DNA of 64,000 nucleotides from Thalia democratica. Taxonomy: Eukaryota. Shown here one piece after another: positions 62,401 to 64,000 of this stretch. Location: the NCBI GenBank assembly GCA_965202585.1, contig OZ241832.1:35898001-35962000 (forward strand), given 5' to 3'. Under the pieces are notes generated by a model. The model worked only from the letters and a program-made list of their open reading frames with translations, made no database searches and had not been told where the DNA came from. Position 1 is the stretch's first letter. Each line of letters starts with the position of its first letter. A program made the position numbers and the translations under genes.

Positions 62401-63406
62401 TTCCAGGTTTTTAAAAGTACACATTTTTGGGTCTATTTTTAGTTTAAAAATAAGGTTAGAAACTGTGTTAAATAGCATAAAAACATTGAAAAGATACCCT
62501 GTTCGAATGAGTTTTTATGAGTGAGACTTGTTATCTGTTGCTTTTAGGATTAAAAAACAAGTTCTCAAACAGACTGACAAAGAGGATCAAAAGGTTGGTA
62601 CACTTGAAAAATTTTCTACGCAATTTTAAATGCACCAAAACAGTTTCATAAGTAACAAGCGCAAATATTCTGCGACAATTCACTCACCTGCTGCACTCCC
62701 TCACCACCGACGTCCCGCAGCATGTTCTTCTCCGAAACGCTGCTTATCTTGTCGACCTCGTCCAAAAATATTATGCCTGTTCGCATTGAAAATAAAAGGT
62801 TCCAGCTTTTAAAGAATACTTTTTTGTTGCTTTTTAAAGGCTTTTTTAAGTTTACAATAAAAAACTGAACGCTTAGCTATGGTTATATAGGAACAGTAAA
62901 AGTGTTAAATTATTTTATTAAAAGAACTAAATTGGACAACGACACATATATAATACAGCATAACTTTATTTATTAAGTATCTATTGATATAAAACAATAC
63001 TAAACTAAAAATACTTAGAAAGTATAAATTTAAAGAAAAACACAATCAAAGCTTGTATAAATTTATAACAAAACAGTATGAATTATTTTTCTTTTAATAA
63101 AATTGAATAACTACCTTACTTATAAAAGATAGTTATTCCCTAAGATTTAATTGATACCGTTAAGAAATTAAAATATTTTAGTGAACATAAAATTTTTACT
63201 ATTAAAAAAAAAGCTAAATCAAAGTTAACTTAACTATAAACCTTGCTGGGTTTTTTCAACGTTTCCGTTGGAGTCTTGCAGCAGCTTGGCGACGACCGAC
63301 TCGATGTCCTCGCCAACGTACCCAGCCTGCGTGAGCGTCGTGCAGTCGCATATGGCGAACGGAACGTTCAGGCACCTTGCCAGCGTTTGCGCCAACAACG
63401 TCTTGC
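53474..63406 (-). CDS. CLPX: Mitochondrial ATP-dependent Clp protease ATPase subunit ClpX, C-terminal 7 exons (5' part outside the window)
   Basis: Exons 63406-63242, 62776-62688, 62194-62030, 61699-61521, 58908-58773, 57323-57210, 53665-53474 splice in frame with GT-AG. Walker A tail [10 protein letters not shown], pore-1 GYVG, Walker [55 protein letters not shown]; stop at 53474-53476. Confidence 0.97.
53671..53875. repeat. Short tandem repeat carrying 3x TGACGTCA and 2x ATGCAAAT, abutting the acceptor of the last CLPX exon
   Basis: TGACGTCA at 53673, 53793 and 53862; gatgcaaataggcttattaatt at ~53701 and ~53824. Confidence 0.75.
55060..55130 (-). mobile_element. Second Penelope-like C-terminal scrap
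   Basis: Minus strand encodes [10 protein letters not shown], the same terminal motif as ILLRKP at ~50455-50478. Confidence 0.45.
55184..56075. mobile_element. 892 bp non-autonomous DNA transposon in a CLPX intron
   Basis: Perfect 15 bp TIR CAGGGTTCGTGCGCG / CGCGCACGAACCCTG; tttagcctga subterminal repeats (2 left, 4 right); flanking direct repeat tttaca (6 bp). Confidence 0.88.
56563..56918. mobile_element. Probable small hAT-type MITE relic
   Basis: cagggtcgcca... / ...tagcaaccct ends with ttccagg subterminal motifs; similar ends at ~50998-51292 and ~62371. Confidence 0.4.
60500..61412. mobile_element. Probable palindromic MITE
   Basis: gccatggggggta (~60502) versus tacccccctatggc (~61395-61408); internal inverted pair at ~61030-61070 and ~61205-61245. 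Confidence 0.4.
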
Positions 63407-64000
63407 CTGCAAGTTAACAACGAGTCGCTACAGCTAGTGTCATAGTTGGAGCAAATTTTGTGACGCAGTTTCAAAAACGGTTGCATGGCGATTGAAATTA
63501 TCAAAAAACTAATTTTTATAAGAAAATATAAAGTGGAAATAATTAATTTGAAACTAAAAATAAAATTTGAATTGTATTAGAAGATTTAACTAGTAGAATT
63601 ATAATGCATTTTTTTTTATTAAAAGATAGAGTTTCTAATCACTAAAAATATCCATATTTTAGTAAGTTTAAATTTGTTTTTAGCTTTATCTCAAAAGCCT
63701 ATTTTAAATTAGAAGAAAAAAGATTAAAAAGTTCAATTAAGAAAGATAATGATGGAAAAAAAAGAATATCTAAGTTTACAAGATAGTTCACAACCACTAA
63801 AACATATAATAACTTGAACTTTTCTTTTGTTTATAGGTTTAATTAAATTGCACACATGTGTTAACGACTGCAGCAAGCAATCACCAGTATTAAAATTTCG
63901 TTTGCAAAACTTCTTTCCAAAAAATTTAGCCGTAAAATCAATAACTCGTAACAAGTATTACTTAAAATACAAAATATGGATTATGCTTTTTTTTTTAAGT

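Noticed and set aside
53474-63406. GC-rich clpX as bacterial contamination or horizontal transfer
   Set aside because: Six GT-AG introns, and the sequence follows the animal mitochondrial type ([23 protein letters not shown]-x-R loop rather than RKH).
61457-63504. Short ORFs overlapping CLPX exons (also 53373-53681 and 58764-59021)
   Set aside because: Off-frame or antisense readings of GC-rich exons, or single exons running into introns.

Overview
Very AT-rich, intron-containing eukaryotic DNA from an invertebrate animal; the lineage cannot be fixed from this window. Left end: an intronless full-length TBCK gene (+, 2184-4712). Right end: the last 7 coding exons of mitochondrial CLPX (-, 53474-63406), continuing beyond the window. 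Between them is a cluster the ORF track almost entirely misses because the exons are short: six-exon genes for secreted 215-227 aa proteins that resemble a single N-terminal BPI/LBP (TULIP) barrel with no C-terminal domain. I reconstructed by hand four intact, strongly cationic paralogs (A1 +, A2 +, A3 -, A5 +), one slightly acidic divergent paralog (B, -), one 3'-truncated copy (A4 +) and one orphan first exon. Paralog variation concentrates in the two segments that align with the ligand-binding tip loops, including a balanced 4+4 residue beta-hairpin extension straddling intron 3. The cluster grew by an exact 6.9 kb tandem duplication and an inverted duplication. It is interleaved with hAT-type MITEs (several with target-site duplications), a transposase relic, Penelope relics, a tRNA-Gln relic and a dispersed ~95 nt hairpin repeat. 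Family assignments come from recalled motifs, not database searches.
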